Assembly (NCBI GenBank): GCA_037189525.1
Contig: JBBCJC010000001.1
Coordinates: 365 to 64,364 of the forward strand
Reading direction: 5' to 3'
Origin: Gemmatimonadales bacterium
GTDB taxonomy: Bacteria; Gemmatimonadota; Gemmatimonadetes; Gemmatimonadales; GWC2-71-9
DNA: 64,000 nucleotides
In this document: in pieces, positions 35,103 through 44,557 of the stretch
How positions within the stretch are numbered: position 1 is the first letter of the stretch
Layout: every line of letters starts with the position of its first letter
The notes under the pieces: generated by a model
What the model was told of the DNA's origin: nothing
What the model saw: the letters and a program-made list of their open reading frames with translations, nothing else
Database searches by the model: none
Program-made: the position numbers and the translations under genes

Positions 35103-37079
35103 ATGAAAGCCTGCATCACGGGCTGCGTCGCGCTCATTCTCTTCTCTGCCGGCGGCGTTCACGCCCAGCAAACCCGGCTGCAGGTCGGGAAGCCCGTGTC
35201 TGCGACGCTGGCAGCGAACGATACGCTCCGGTATGAACTCGACTTGCCGGCGCGCCATTTTGTCGCCGGTCGCGTGGATCAGGACGGCGTGGACGCCACG
35301 GTGACGGTTACCGGACCGGCGGGCACCCGTGGGTTTCGAGGCGCCCGCGTCGGACGGGGCGGCCCTGAGGCGTTTGCCTTCGTGACGGATAGTGTTGCCG
35401 GCCGGTACACCATCGCGATTGCGCCCGCGACGGCCGGCAGCAGCGGCGCCGTGCGGGTGCAGCTGACCCGATCCGAGCCTGCGGCAACGACGCCGGCAGG
35501 CAAGGTGGACCAGGCTGCCGCCCAGTTGTACAAAGACACGCCAGGCGCCGTCGTAGGCGTGATCCAGGGCGGCAAGCTGACGTTTGTGAAAGGCTATGGC
35601 GCCGCGGACCTGACCAACGGTCTGCCGTTTACGGCCGAGACGCCGACCAACATCGGTTCCACCTCGAAGCAGTTCACCGGATTCGCGCTCGCCCTGCTGG
35701 CGTCACAGGGCAAGCTGTCCCTCGACGACGACGTGCGGAAGCATATTCCCGAGCTCAAGGATTTCGGCACGAAGATCACCCTGCGGCATCTGCTGACGCA
35801 TACCACCGGCTACCGCGAGTTCATCAACACCTTGCTCATCGAAGGACGGCAGGTGATGGAGGGGGACTACATCGCGCCGGATGAAGTCATCAAGGTGCTC
35901 AACCGGCAACCCACCCTGCAGAACGTCCCCGGCGCGGAGTTCAACTACAATAACTCCGCATTCAGCCTGGCGACGATCGTGGTGGAACGGGTCACCGGCC
36001 GCCCGTTCGCCGAATGGATGCGCGACGAAGTGTTCCTGCCGCTGGGCATGACGAAGACCTGGGTTCGCGCGAGCCCGGGCCAGATCATCCCCAACCGAAC
36101 GGTTGGCTATCAGGCGGGAGCGTTCGGCTTCCGAGAGGTGCGCGATCTCCACGGATCGGCGGGCGCGGGCGGCATCTATACGACACCCGGAGACGCCGCC
36201 AAGTGGATGCACAATTTCAAGACCGGAGCGTTAGGCGGACCGGCCGTCATCAAGGAGATGACGACGTCGTTCGTGCTCAACGATGGTAAGCCCGCAAACT
36301 ACGGATACGGCCTGTTTCTCGGCACGACCCGCGGCCTGAAGCAATGGCAGCACGGCGGTAATGATATCGCCCACAGCTCGACCTTCGTGTACTACCCCGA
36401 CCTCGACGCCGGGTACGTCGTGTTCAGCAACTACCAGGGCGTTCCGGGAGGTATTGCCGGTGTCGTGGCCGAGTCGTTCTTCGGCCAGCACATGACGGCG
36501 GCGCCGCAGCGCCCGAGCGCAACCGCGGCGGCGGGCGTCGAGGTGCCTGGTGCGACGTTGCGCCGCTATGCGGGCAAATATCAGATGACGACGCTCGGCG
36601 ACATGGTTCTGACCGTGGAATTGCAGGGCGGCCAGCTGCGTCTCCAGTTGCCGGGCCAGCCGGCGCTGCCGCTCCGGGCCACCTCTGCGACCTCCTTCGA
36701 CGGGGTCGGCGCACCGGTCAAGATCACCTTCAACACGGCTGAGGACGGACCGGCCCAGGGCATTACCCTGGAGCAGAATGGTGAGCACATCGGCAAGCGC
36801 GTCGAAGCGCAGACAGTGGACCTCAACAGCTTCGCAGGTCGTTACTTCAGCGAGGAGCTCGAGACCTTCTACGACCTGAGCGTGGAGAAGGACCAACTCG
36901 TCATTCGGCATCGCCGATTCGGACCCGCCCCGCTGACGCACACCAATGGGGACAACTTCACCGGGACGTTGCCGGTGAGCCAGGTTGCCTTCCGCCGCGA
37001 TGCGCAGGGCAAGGTGACCGGCTTCGAGGCCGGGAACGGCCGGGCCCGCGGGATCCTGTTCGAACGCGTCGGGCGCTAG
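35103..37079 (+). CDS. serine hydrolase, beta-lactamase/PBP4-type family, with DUF3471-like C-terminal modules
   Basis: Signal peptide. SxxK motif STSKQF. YNNS (YxN). The C-terminal LRRYAGKYQMTT...LTVELQGGQLRLQ and FAGRYFSEELETFYDLSVEKDQLVI are repeated beta-sandwich-like modules. Confidence 0.85.
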   Translation: MKACITGCVALILFSAGGVHAQQTRLQVGKPVSATLAANDTLRYELDLPARHFVAGRVDQDGVDATVTVTGPAGTRGFRGARVGRGGPEAFAFVTDSVAGRYTIAIAPATAGSSGAVRVQLTRSEPAATTPAGKVDQAAAQLYKDTPGAVVGVIQGGKLTFVKGYGAADLTNGLPFTAETPTNIGSTSKQFTGFALALLASQGKLSLDDDVRKHIPELKDFGTKITLRHLLTHTTGYREFINTLLIEGRQVMEGDYIAPDEVIKVLNRQPTLQNVPGAEFNYNNSAFSLATIVVERVTGRPFAEWMRDEVFLPLGMTKTWVRASPGQIIPNRTVGYQAGAFGFREVRDLHGSAGAGGIYTTPGDAAKWMHNFKTGALGGPAVIKEMTTSFVLNDGKPANYGYGLFLGTTRGLKQWQHGGNDIAHSSTFVYYPDLDAGYVVFSNYQGVPGGIAGVVAESFFGQHMTAAPQRPSATAAAGVEVPGATLRRYAGKYQMTTLGDMVLTVELQGGQLRLQLPGQPALPLRATSATSFDGVGAPVKITFNTAEDGPAQGITLEQNGEHIGKRVEAQTVDLNSFAGRYFSEELETFYDLSVEKDQLVIRHRRFGPAPLTHTNGDNFTGTLPVSQVAFRRDAQGKVTGFEAGNGRARGILFERVGR

Positions 37080-37107
37080 CGTCGAACATGCTGTTTGCCA
37101 GCGGCAA

Positions 37108-37141
37108 CCCGCGCTTCCTCGTGTGCATCGGGAAGCGCGGG
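37108..37141 (+). terminator. stem-loop downstream of the serine hydrolase gene
   Basis: CCCGCGCTTCC (37108-37118) pairs with GGAAGCGCGGG (37131-37141) around a 12-nt loop. There is no T-tract. Confidence 0.4.
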
Positions 37142-37310
37142 CGCTGGTCAACCTGAACCGATCCGTCGGCGCGGCCAATGTCGTCCGCGCCGACGCGGCT
37201 TGACGGAAGCAAGTCCACCACGACATCATCCGCACGCGGCCGTGGCCCTGCCCGGCACACCCGTTGGCGACGATCGCCCCCTCGCCCCCACCTTACGATT
37301 GGCAAGACCG

Positions 37311-40300
37311 ATGCGGCTCCACTTCCAGCTCTCCCGTTGTTCATGCATCACCGTCCCGGCGCTGTTCGCCCTCACGGTCTGGGCATCCGCTCCGCTCGCC
37401 GCGCAAACGGACTCGATCGCTCGGCGGCCGAGCGGGGCGCTGCCCCTCAGCCCCACGCGCACGGTGTCGTTCACGACGACGGAAGGGACCTGGATGTCGC
37501 TCGACGTCTCGCCCGACGGCCGGACCATCATCTTCGACCTGCTGGGCGATCTCTATACGCTCCCGATCACCGGCGGTGAAGCGACGCGCCTGACCGACGG
37601 TCCGGCCATGGACGGGCAGCCGCGCTACTCGCCGGACGGACGCCAGATCGTGTTCACGAGCGACCGCAACGGCGGTGAGCAGGTCTGGCTGATGGACAGC
37701 GACGGCCGGAACGCTCGGCCCATCACTCGAGGTGACAACGGGCACTATGTCTCGCCGGACTGGACACCCGATGGCCGTTACATCGTGGCGTCACGCAATG
37801 TCTCACAGACGGCCGCCTTCGGCGACGCGTATGACCTCTATCTCTATCATGTCCAGGGCGGATCGGGCATTCGGTTGACCGGCGCCGTCACCGCGGGCAG
37901 CGGGCCTGGCGGCGGGATTCAGAACGCCGTGGGCGCGGCGTTTGGTCCGGATGGGCGCCACCTGTACTTTGCCCGCAAGAGCGGAGGCTGGGGGTACAAC
38001 CTCCAGCTGCCCGGCTGGCAGATCGCAGCGCTCGATCGGGAGACGGGGCGGACGGCGGCGCTCACCAACATGCAGGGGAGCGCGATGCGGCCGGCCGTCA
38101 GTCCCGATGGTCGCTGGTTGGCCTATGCCACGCGGATCGATACCACGACGGTGCTCCGCCTTCGCGAGATCGAGACCGGCGATGAGGTCACCCTGGCGCC
38201 GCGGATCCAGCGCGACGACCAGGAATCGCGCTGGACCCGCGACCTCGTGCCGGGCTATGCGTTTACGCCGGACAGTCGCGCGATCGTGTTCACGCGCGAC
38301 GGCCGGTTCTGGCGGGTGGAGGTGCCGTCGGGGCGCGAAACCGCGATCCCGTTCGAGGCGCGCATCGAGCAGCGTCTCGGGCCGCTGGTTCGGTTCCCGC
38401 TTCGTGAGAACGACTCCGTGCTCACCGTGCGGCAGATTCGCAGCCCGCGCCCCTCGCCCGACGGGAAGCGTCTGGCCTTCTCGGCGCTCGACCGGATCTG
38501 GGTGATGGATCTGCCGAACGGTCCCCCCCGTCGCTTGACCGCAGCAACCGTGGGCGAGTTCGACCCCGCGTGGTCGCCGGACGGACAGTTCATCGCCTAC
38601 GTGACCTGGTCGGACGAACGCGGAGGCGACGTGTTCCGGGCTCGGAGCGACGGTCGGGGCGCGCCCGAACGGCTCACGCAGCGGCCGGCGCTCTACCAGC
38701 GGCTCGCCTACACACCCGACGGTACCAGGCTGGTCACGATCCGTGGTCCGCATCAGGCGCGTCTCGAGGATCGGCGCAGCGTGTTCGGTGGCGACGAGCT
38801 GGTCTGGCTTCCCTCGGGCGGCGGGGTCGCAACGGTGATCGCGCCGGTAAGCGGGGCGCACGATCCGCACTTCGTCTCGGGAAGCGACCGGGTCTACCTG
38901 TTCGACGGCGGTGTCCTCAAATCGATGGCGCTCGACGGCTCCGCCGTACGCGAGCATGTCCGAGTCACGGGGTATGCGCAGCAGACGTCTGGACAGCCGC
39001 GTCCGCCGGCGCAGGCGTCGGAAGTACTGATGGCGCCGGACGGCGAACACGTGATCGCCACGGTGACGAACAACGTCTACCACTTCCCGGTGCCGCTGAC
39101 CGGCACGGAGGCACCCCCGACCGTGTCGGTTGCCAATCCGGCGTCGGCACCGCTGCCGGTACGCCGGCTGACGCGCGTCGGCGGCGACTTCATCAGCTGG
39201 GCTCGGGACGGCCGCTCGTTCCACTACGCGCTCGGCAACGCCTTCTTCACCTACGACCTCGGAGCCTCCGCCGAACCGGCGCGAGATTCGACAACGCCGT
39301 ACGAAGCTGCCCGCATCGACGTCGTCATCACGGTACCGCGCGACCGCCCGTCGGGCACCGTGGCGCTCGTCGGGGCGCGCATCATCCCGGTCGCGGGCAA
39401 TGTGATCGAACGTGGAACCGTGCTCGTGCGTGGTAATCGCATCGCGGCAGTAGGCGCGGTCGACGCCGTGACGATTCCCGCAGATGCACGGCGGATCGAC
39501 GTGACAGGCAAGACGATCCTCCCGGGATGGGTCGACATCCACTCCCACATGGGCGCGCCGAGCGGCGTCCATCGCACCAACGTGTGGGCCTACCGCGCCA
39601 ACCTCGCCTACGGGGTCACCACGACACGCAATCCGCAGACGGGGACGACCGATATCCTGTCGTACGGCGACCTGGTGGAGACGGGCGCCATCCTCGGTCC
39701 ACGGCTCTACTCGACCGGCCCCGGCGTTTTCGCGCAGGAGAACATCCGGAGCCTCGACGACGCCCGGGATGTGCTGCGGCGCTACGCGGAGTTCTATCGG
39801 ACCCATACGATCAAACAGTACGAGACGGGGCAGCGCAACGTGAGGCAGTGGATCATCATGGCCGCACGGGAGCTCGGCCTGATGCCGACGACGGAAGGAA
39901 GCCTGGATCTCGAGATGAATATCACCGAGCTCCTCGACGGGTACTCCGGACACGAGCACAACTTCCCGATCACGCCGCTGTTCGAGGATGTCGTCCAGCT
40001 TACCGCACAAAGCGGCACGACCTATACGCCCACGCTCCTCGTGGTCTATGGCGGTCCCTGGACTGAGAACTACTGGTACGAACGGTACGACATCCGCGCC
40101 GACGCCAAGATGCGGCGCTTCGTACCGCCGGACGATCTCGATCAGCGCGCGCTCCGCAGGCCGCAGTGGTTCAGCGAGAGCCAGTACATGCATCCGCAGA
40201 TGGCGGCACAAGCCAAGAAAATCCTCGATGCGGGCGGAAAGGTAGCCCTGGGAAGCCACGGCCAGCTGCAGGGGCTGGGCGCGCACTGGGAACTCTGGTC

Positions 40301-40571
40301 GCTGGCGTCGGGCGGGATTCCACCGCTCGACGTGATCCGGATCGGAACCCTGCTTGGTGCCGAGGGAATCGGTCTGGCCGACGACCTTGGCTCCCTCGAG
40401 CCTGGTAAGCTGGCGGATCTGCAGGTGCTGGATGCGAACCCGCTCGACGACATTCGCAACACCAATACCATCCGCTACGTGATGAAGAACGGCCGCCTCT
40501 ACGACGGCGACACGCTGGCGGAAGTCTGGCCGCGCGTCACGACGCCGGACGCGCCCCGGTGGTTGCGGTGA
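37311..40571 (+). CDS. TolB-like beta-propeller (PD40 repeats) fused to an amidohydrolase domain
   Basis: ATG 37311 with signal ALFALTVWASAPLAAQ. PD40-like repeats: YSPDGRQIVFTSDRNG, WTPDGRYIV, VSPDGRWLAYA, PSPDGKRLAF and WSPDGQFIAY. The C-terminal ILPGWVDIHSHMG is an amidohydrolase metal site. Confidence 0.85.
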   Translation: MRLHFQLSRCSCITVPALFALTVWASAPLAAQTDSIARRPSGALPLSPTRTVSFTTTEGTWMSLDVSPDGRTIIFDLLGDLYTLPITGGEATRLTDGPAMDGQPRYSPDGRQIVFTSDRNGGEQVWLMDSDGRNARPITRGDNGHYVSPDWTPDGRYIVASRNVSQTAAFGDAYDLYLYHVQGGSGIRLTGAVTAGSGPGGGIQNAVGAAFGPDGRHLYFARKSGGWGYNLQLPGWQIAALDRETGRTAALTNMQGSAMRPAVSPDGRWLAYATRIDTTTVLRLREIETGDEVTLAPRIQRDDQESRWTRDLVPGYAFTPDSRAIVFTRDGRFWRVEVPSGRETAIPFEARIEQRLGPLVRFPLRENDSVLTVRQIRSPRPSPDGKRLAFSALDRIWVMDLPNGPPRRLTAATVGEFDPAWSPDGQFIAYVTWSDERGGDVFRARSDGRGAPERLTQRPALYQRLAYTPDGTRLVTIRGPHQARLEDRRSVFGGDELVWLPSGGGVATVIAPVSGAHDPHFVSGSDRVYLFDGGVLKSMALDGSAVREHVRVTGYAQQTSGQPRPPAQASEVLMAPDGEHVIATVTNNVYHFPVPLTGTEAPPTVSVANPASAPLPVRRLTRVGGDFISWARDGRSFHYALGNAFFTYDLGASAEPARDSTTPYEAARIDVVITVPRDRPSGTVALVGARIIPVAGNVIERGTVLVRGNRIAAVGAVDAVTIPADARRIDVTGKTILPGWVDIHSHMGAPSGVHRTNVWAYRANLAYGVTTTRNPQTGTTDILSYGDLVETGAILGPRLYSTGPGVFAQENIRSLDDARDVLRRYAEFYRTHTIKQYETGQRNVRQWIIMAARELGLMPTTEGSLDLEMNITELLDGYSGHEHNFPITPLFEDVVQLTAQSGTTYTPTLLVVYGGPWTENYWYERYDIRADAKMRRFVPPDDLDQRALRRPQWFSESQYMHPQMAAQAKKILDAGGKVALGSHGQLQGLGAHWELWSLASGGIPPLDVIRIGTLLGAEGIGLADDLGSLEPGKLADLQVLDANPLDDIRNTNTIRYVMKNGRLYDGDTLAEVWPRVTTPDAPRWLR

Positions 40572-40646
40572 GCGCCCCCGCCGCAGGGTGGGACGCAGCG
40601 GGGTAGCAGCGGAAACGCCATACCGCCCGGCCACGAGCCGGCGGAA

Positions 40647-42173
40647 TCATGCGGCGGCCGGGCCTGAGATTGCCGCGGCCGCCCGCTCGCCCGATCGGAT
40701 TGCCCCTTCGATGAAGGTGGGCCACTCCGGCGATGTCTCGGTGCCGGCCCAATGGAACGGGCCCACCGGATCGCGCACGGCGGACTTGAACAGGGCCGTC
40801 GCGCCCGGTGCGAGATAGCCCCCATAACAGCCGCGCGTCCACACCTGGGTGGACCAATTCATCTCGATGATCCGATCCGGCGTGAGCGCCTGATCCCCGA
40901 ACCGCGCCGCCATCTCGGCCAGGATTTTCTGACGCCGCTCCTGCGCGGGTAGCAGCGACGCGGCACGCGCCTGATCGGTGTAGATGAAGCCGGTCAGCAC
41001 CCCGGCAGTGCCGTGTCCTTGCGGTGCGCTGCTGTCGGCCGTTTCCGACACCATCGCGGAGTAGTCCAGCGAACCGCCGCTCAAGCCCTGTTCGCGCCAG
41101 AACGGGCTGCCGTAGACCATACCGACCTTGATGACGAGCCCTTGCGGCCAATGCTGCGTGATCTGCGCGCGCGCCACCGGAAGCGACGGCGCGAACTCGA
41201 TAGCGCCCATCAACGACGGAGGACCCGCGAAGATGACGTGACGCGCCTTGACATCGACCGAATCGGTACTGACCGTGGCCTCGGTGTCATTCCATCGCAC
41301 ACGCCGCACCGGACTCTTGAGCCGGATGTTACCTGCGCCCAGCAGGTCCGCCATGCCGATCGCGACAGGCTGCACCCCTCCTACGACGCGATCCTGCTGC
41401 GCAGCGCCTTCGTACCCGTTCAGCTTGTCGAAGCTGACGCACTGCTTTACCAGCGAGAGAAACGACAACACGGAGATCTGTTCAGGGCTCGCGCATGCAT
41501 ACGACATGTCACCCACCAGAAAGTCGCGGATGTTTGGCTCCTTGACGTTCTGAGCGAGCCACTGCGCCATCGTGATGCCATCCCATGCGCGCGCCTCCGG
41601 ATGCGACCACGGAGCGGCAGGATCCAGCGAATCCGCCATCTTCTGCAGTCTGGACTTGATAGCCTCTACGCGGGCGTATCCGGGCAAAACGGACCAGTCG
41701 TCACCGACGCGCTGATGTTTCTTGAGCGCCGGGCCGAAGACGATCGCGTCACCAAAGTTCGGACTGGGATAGGTCGTCTTCCCCGTCGCCTTGATCCAGT
41801 GATAAAACCGGTCATGACCGGCCCCCGCCCACTGACCGCCTTCGTCGACCCAGCCTCCGTCGGGAAGCGGAATGGTCAACGTCCGTCCACCGACTCGATC
41901 ACGCGCCTCGAGAACGAGTACCGTTTTGCCCGCTGCCTTGACCGCGTGTGCCGCGGCAAGGCCGGCAAACCCCGCTCCAACGACGCAAACATCGACCGAT
42001 ATCGGCGCGCCACGCGGGCCGGCGGTATCGTCCGTCGAGGCGACGGCGCCGGCAGCGTTTGGGGGCGTGTTGCACGCGGTACCCACGAGGCCCGCGGCGG
42101 CGGCAACACCGGTGACTTTCAGGAATTCACGTCTCGAGACATCGGCTGGCGAAGACGAGTCAGGGTCGCTCAT
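40647..42173 (-). CDS. FAD-dependent amine oxidase (flavin monoamine oxidase family) with Tat-type signal
   Basis: SRREFLKVTGVAAAAGLVG is Tat-like. VCVVGAGFAGLAAAHAVKAAGKTVLVLEARDRVGGR is the dinucleotide-binding plus amine-oxidase signature. AAGGA lies 5 nt upstream of the ATG. Confidence 0.85.
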   Translation of the reverse strand: MSDPDSSSPADVSRREFLKVTGVAAAAGLVGTACNTPPNAAGAVASTDDTAGPRGAPISVDVCVVGAGFAGLAAAHAVKAAGKTVLVLEARDRVGGRTLTIPLPDGGWVDEGGQWAGAGHDRFYHWIKATGKTTYPSPNFGDAIVFGPALKKHQRVGDDWSVLPGYARVEAIKSRLQKMADSLDPAAPWSHPEARAWDGITMAQWLAQNVKEPNIRDFLVGDMSYACASPEQISVLSFLSLVKQCVSFDKLNGYEGAAQQDRVVGGVQPVAIGMADLLGAGNIRLKSPVRRVRWNDTEATVSTDSVDVKARHVIFAGPPSLMGAIEFAPSLPVARAQITQHWPQGLVIKVGMVYGSPFWREQGLSGGSLDYSAMVSETADSSAPQGHGTAGVLTGFIYTDQARAASLLPAQERRQKILAEMAARFGDQALTPDRIIEMNWSTQVWTRGCYGGYLAPGATALFKSAVRDPVGPFHWAGTETSPEWPTFIEGAIRSGERAAAAISGPAAA

Positions 42174-42269
42174 AGGATCCTTGGAGAAGGCGCAGGAGGT
42201 GAAGAGAAGCTGCCATCACGCACAATGACGATACCCTTCCCGGCCCGGATGGGAAGCTCCTTCACCCAA

Positions 42270-42405
42270 CCGTGGTGCCCGGTTCGGTGCCGTGGTAGGT
42301 TCCAACCGTGAGGCCCGGGTTCGTGGTCCTGCGGCCGGGCAAGAGGATGATCTGCTTGGCTCAGTACCCGAAGGAACAGCGCTTCCATGTCTCGTGCTAC
42401 CACGA
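42270..42405 (+). pseudogene. remnant of a paralogue of the 18225-18815 gene (upstream block plus ~30 codons, ~200-nt internal deletion)
   Basis: 42270-42301 is 30/32 identical to 18156-18187. 42312-42405 encodes GFVVLRPGKRMICLAQYPKEQRFHVSCYHD, compared with GRFVVLRQGKEMVCLAQYPKEQRFHVSCYHE at 18398-18490. Confidence 0.7.
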
Positions 42406-42467
42406 CGCTAGGTGCGCTCGCACGGACGCTTGCCTGGCCGATACCTGCTCGCACTGGGAGAACGAAG

Positions 42468-42845
42468 ATGGGTAACTCGGGCGACCACGACGAACGTATT
42501 CGCAAGATGATCTTTGCGTCAGTGTATCCGCACTACCTGACCAAGGTCGAGAAGAAAGGACGAACCAGGGAGGAACTCCATCAGGTCATCACCTGGTTGA
42601 CCGGCTTCAGCGAAGCGAAGCTGCAGCAGCAGATCAAAGACAGGGTGACCTTCGAGGAGTTTTTTCGAGCCGCGACGTTGAACCCCAACGCGCATCTGAT
42701 CACGGGCATGATCTGCGGCTATCGGATCGAGGACATCGAGAACCCGCTCACGCAAAAGGCCAGGTACCTGGACAAGCTGGTCGATGAGCTTGCCAAGGGG
42801 CGCAAGATCGAGAAGATCCTGCGGAACGCGGCAGACCGGAAATGA
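42468..42845 (+). CDS. DUF2200-family protein
   Basis: ATG 42468 lies 7 nt after GGGAGA. IFASVYPHYLTKVEKKGRTREELHQVITWLTGF...NPNAHLITGMICGYRIEDIENPLTQKARYLDKLVDELAKGRKIEKILR matches the DUF2200 pattern from memory. Confidence 0.75.
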   Translation: MGNSGDHDERIRKMIFASVYPHYLTKVEKKGRTREELHQVITWLTGFSEAKLQQQIKDRVTFEEFFRAATLNPNAHLITGMICGYRIEDIENPLTQKARYLDKLVDELAKGRKIEKILRNAADRK

Positions 42846-42864
42846 CGGCATACCGGAGGGAGAG

Positions 42865-43296
42865 ATGGAGCACGCCGTAAAGAAGCTGTTCGAGCGATAT
42901 GAGCGCTTCTTCAATCGATCCCTGAGCGGGGATAAGGACATGGAAGAGACCGCGTCGCTCTATGCCGCCGAGTTCATAGGCGCGACACCCGCCGGAGTCA
43001 TGACTGGCAAGAACGACGATCAGTTCAAGCACGTCATGGAGCAAGGTTATGCGCATTATCGGGCAATCGGCACCAAGGAAATGCGGATACGTCATATTCG
43101 CCTCTCCCCGATAGATGAGCACCATTGCGTGGCCCATGTCGCATGGTCCGCGCTCTATGCCCGCAAGGATCAGCCGGATATCACGATCGATTTCGAGGTC
43201 CACTACCTCGTTCAGCAGTTGGAAGGAGAGCCGAAGGTCTTCGGGTGGGTATCCGGCGACGAACAGGCCCTTCTCAGGGAGCACGGTATTATCTGA
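42865..43296 (+). CDS. NTF2-like (SnoaL/DUF4440-type) protein
   Basis: ATG 42865 follows GGAGGG. 143 aa. LFERYERFFNRSL...YAAEFIGATPAGV...HCVAHVAWSALY fits the fold pattern. Confidence 0.65.
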   Translation: MEHAVKKLFERYERFFNRSLSGDKDMEETASLYAAEFIGATPAGVMTGKNDDQFKHVMEQGYAHYRAIGTKEMRIRHIRLSPIDEHHCVAHVAWSALYARKDQPDITIDFEVHYLVQQLEGEPKVFGWVSGDEQALLREHGII

Positions 43297-43428
43297 GGTC
43301 GGGCGGTGGCGCGCCCCCTCCCTAGCGCAAACTCGGTTTTCGGCGCATCGTCTTACGACGGCACGTCTCTTGGCATACCCGGGTTTGCCTCTCCTCGGGT
43401 GGGCCTTCCCCTCTTTGCGGAGTTCGTC

Positions 43429-43692
43429 ATGGACCTCTCCACGATTCTGATTCAGGTCATCAGCGGCGCAGTTGGCGGCAACCTCGCCGGGTTCCTCAAC
43501 AAGGCCAAGAGCCTGGGCCCGCTCTTGAACACGATTCTGGGGGCAGTCGGTGGAGTTGGTGGGGGCCAATTGCTTGGCGGTCAGCTGACGGATCTCCTGG
43601 GTAACGCCACCGCCGGAACTGCGACTGCGTCCGGCCTGGTCGGTCTCGTCTTGCCGTTGGTCGCGGGCCTCCTGAAGAAGAAAGCTGCATGA
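43429..43692 (+). CDS. small glycine-rich membrane protein
   Basis: ATG 43429. 87 aa. MDLSTILIQVISGAVGGNLAGFL...ILGAVGGVGGGQLLGG...GLVGLVLPLVAGLLKKK. Confidence 0.55.
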   Translation: MDLSTILIQVISGAVGGNLAGFLNKAKSLGPLLNTILGAVGGVGGGQLLGGQLTDLLGNATAGTATASGLVGLVLPLVAGLLKKKAA

Positions 43693-43701
43693 AACTGCGA
43701 T

Positions 43702-43743
43702 GCCCGGCCTAACGACCGCATGAAGCGGAGCGTTAGGCCGGGC
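43702..43743 (+). terminator. strong stem-loop downstream of the small membrane-protein gene
   Basis: GCCCGGCCTAACG (43702-43714) pairs perfectly with CGTTAGGCCGGGC (43731-43743) around a 16-nt loop. There is no T-tract. The arms contain GCCTAAC/GTTAGGC. Confidence 0.5.
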
Positions 43744-43801
43744 CTCGACCATTCCGGTCAGCGATCTCATGAACGAATCGTGGAGCCATTGAAGGTGTGA
43801 C

Positions 43802-44362
43802 ATGGCAGCGACGCTGATCCAATTGGACGTGCGGACACGAAGAGAGTGGCGGAACTGGCTTGCGAAGCATCATGCATCCAGCCCTGGCATATGGCTGATC
43901 CGTCACAAGCCGCACGCCGGCGTCACCTCGATGTCCTACGAAGACCTCGTGCGGGAAGCACTTTGCTTCGGATGGATCGACAGCCTGATCAAGCGCCTGG
44001 ACGAGAACCGATACGCCATCAAGGTCACCCCACGCAAGCCAACGAGTAAATGGTCTGATCTCAACCGGAAGCGCTGGAAGGAACTGCGCGCTGAGGGCTT
44101 GCTCGCGGCAGCAGGTGTCGCGGCGGCTCCCACTGCCAACCGTTATGCGTCGAAACCGGCGATTCCCGACCTTCCTGGGTACATCGGCAAGGCGTTCAAG
44201 GCGGCCCCCAAGGCCTGGGCCTTCTTTGAGACGCTCTCGGCCAGGAACCGACGTGATTTCGTGGTCTGGATTCACACGGCCAAGCGTCCCGAGACGCGAG
44301 GCAGGCGCATTCGCGAGTCGATCGCGCTACTCGCCGCAGGACGGAAGCTTGGCCTGAAGTGA
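43802..44362 (+). CDS. YdeI/OmpD-associated family protein
   Basis: EWRNWLAKHHASSPGIWL...SYEDLVREALCFGWIDSLIKRLDENRYAIKVTPRKPTSKWS and the C-terminal RRDFVVWIHTAKRPETRGRRI are typical of this family. Confidence 0.75.
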   Translation: MAATLIQLDVRTRREWRNWLAKHHASSPGIWLIRHKPHAGVTSMSYEDLVREALCFGWIDSLIKRLDENRYAIKVTPRKPTSKWSDLNRKRWKELRAEGLLAAAGVAAAPTANRYASKPAIPDLPGYIGKAFKAAPKAWAFFETLSARNRRDFVVWIHTAKRPETRGRRIRESIALLAAGRKLGLK

Positions 44363-44557
44363 GACCTCTATTTCTACGGCGCCCCGCTTACCGGCCCGCT
44401 GGATGAGCCGGGACGTTAGGCAGTCCCGAGATCGTTCCGGCAGGCACGGTACCTTGACATCGACCACCACCGACTGAAGCTTTCTGATCGAATCCGGGCT
44501 ACCGGATCAGAAGACTATCAGGCACTCCTGAGCCACCTCCGCAAGATACGGAAGATC

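Noticed and set aside
37803-40634. A 943-aa ORF antisense to the TolB-amidohydrolase gene. Similar long antisense or overlapping ORFs occur at 1433-3541, 1189-2415, 14405-15721, 19723-20622, 33855-34934, 36231-37235, 41013-42311, 51439-52686 and 59969-61039.
   Set aside because: These are typical high-GC stop-codon-poor shadow frames. Their translations are Arg/Gly/Pro/Ala-rich with no motifs, while the opposite or alternative frame carries clear domain signatures.
42748-43803. A 351-aa minus-strand ORF spanning three plus-strand genes.
   Set aside because: Its sequence is low-complexity and motif-free. The plus-strand genes (DUF2200, NTF2-like and the Gly-rich membrane protein) have RBSs and recognisable families.
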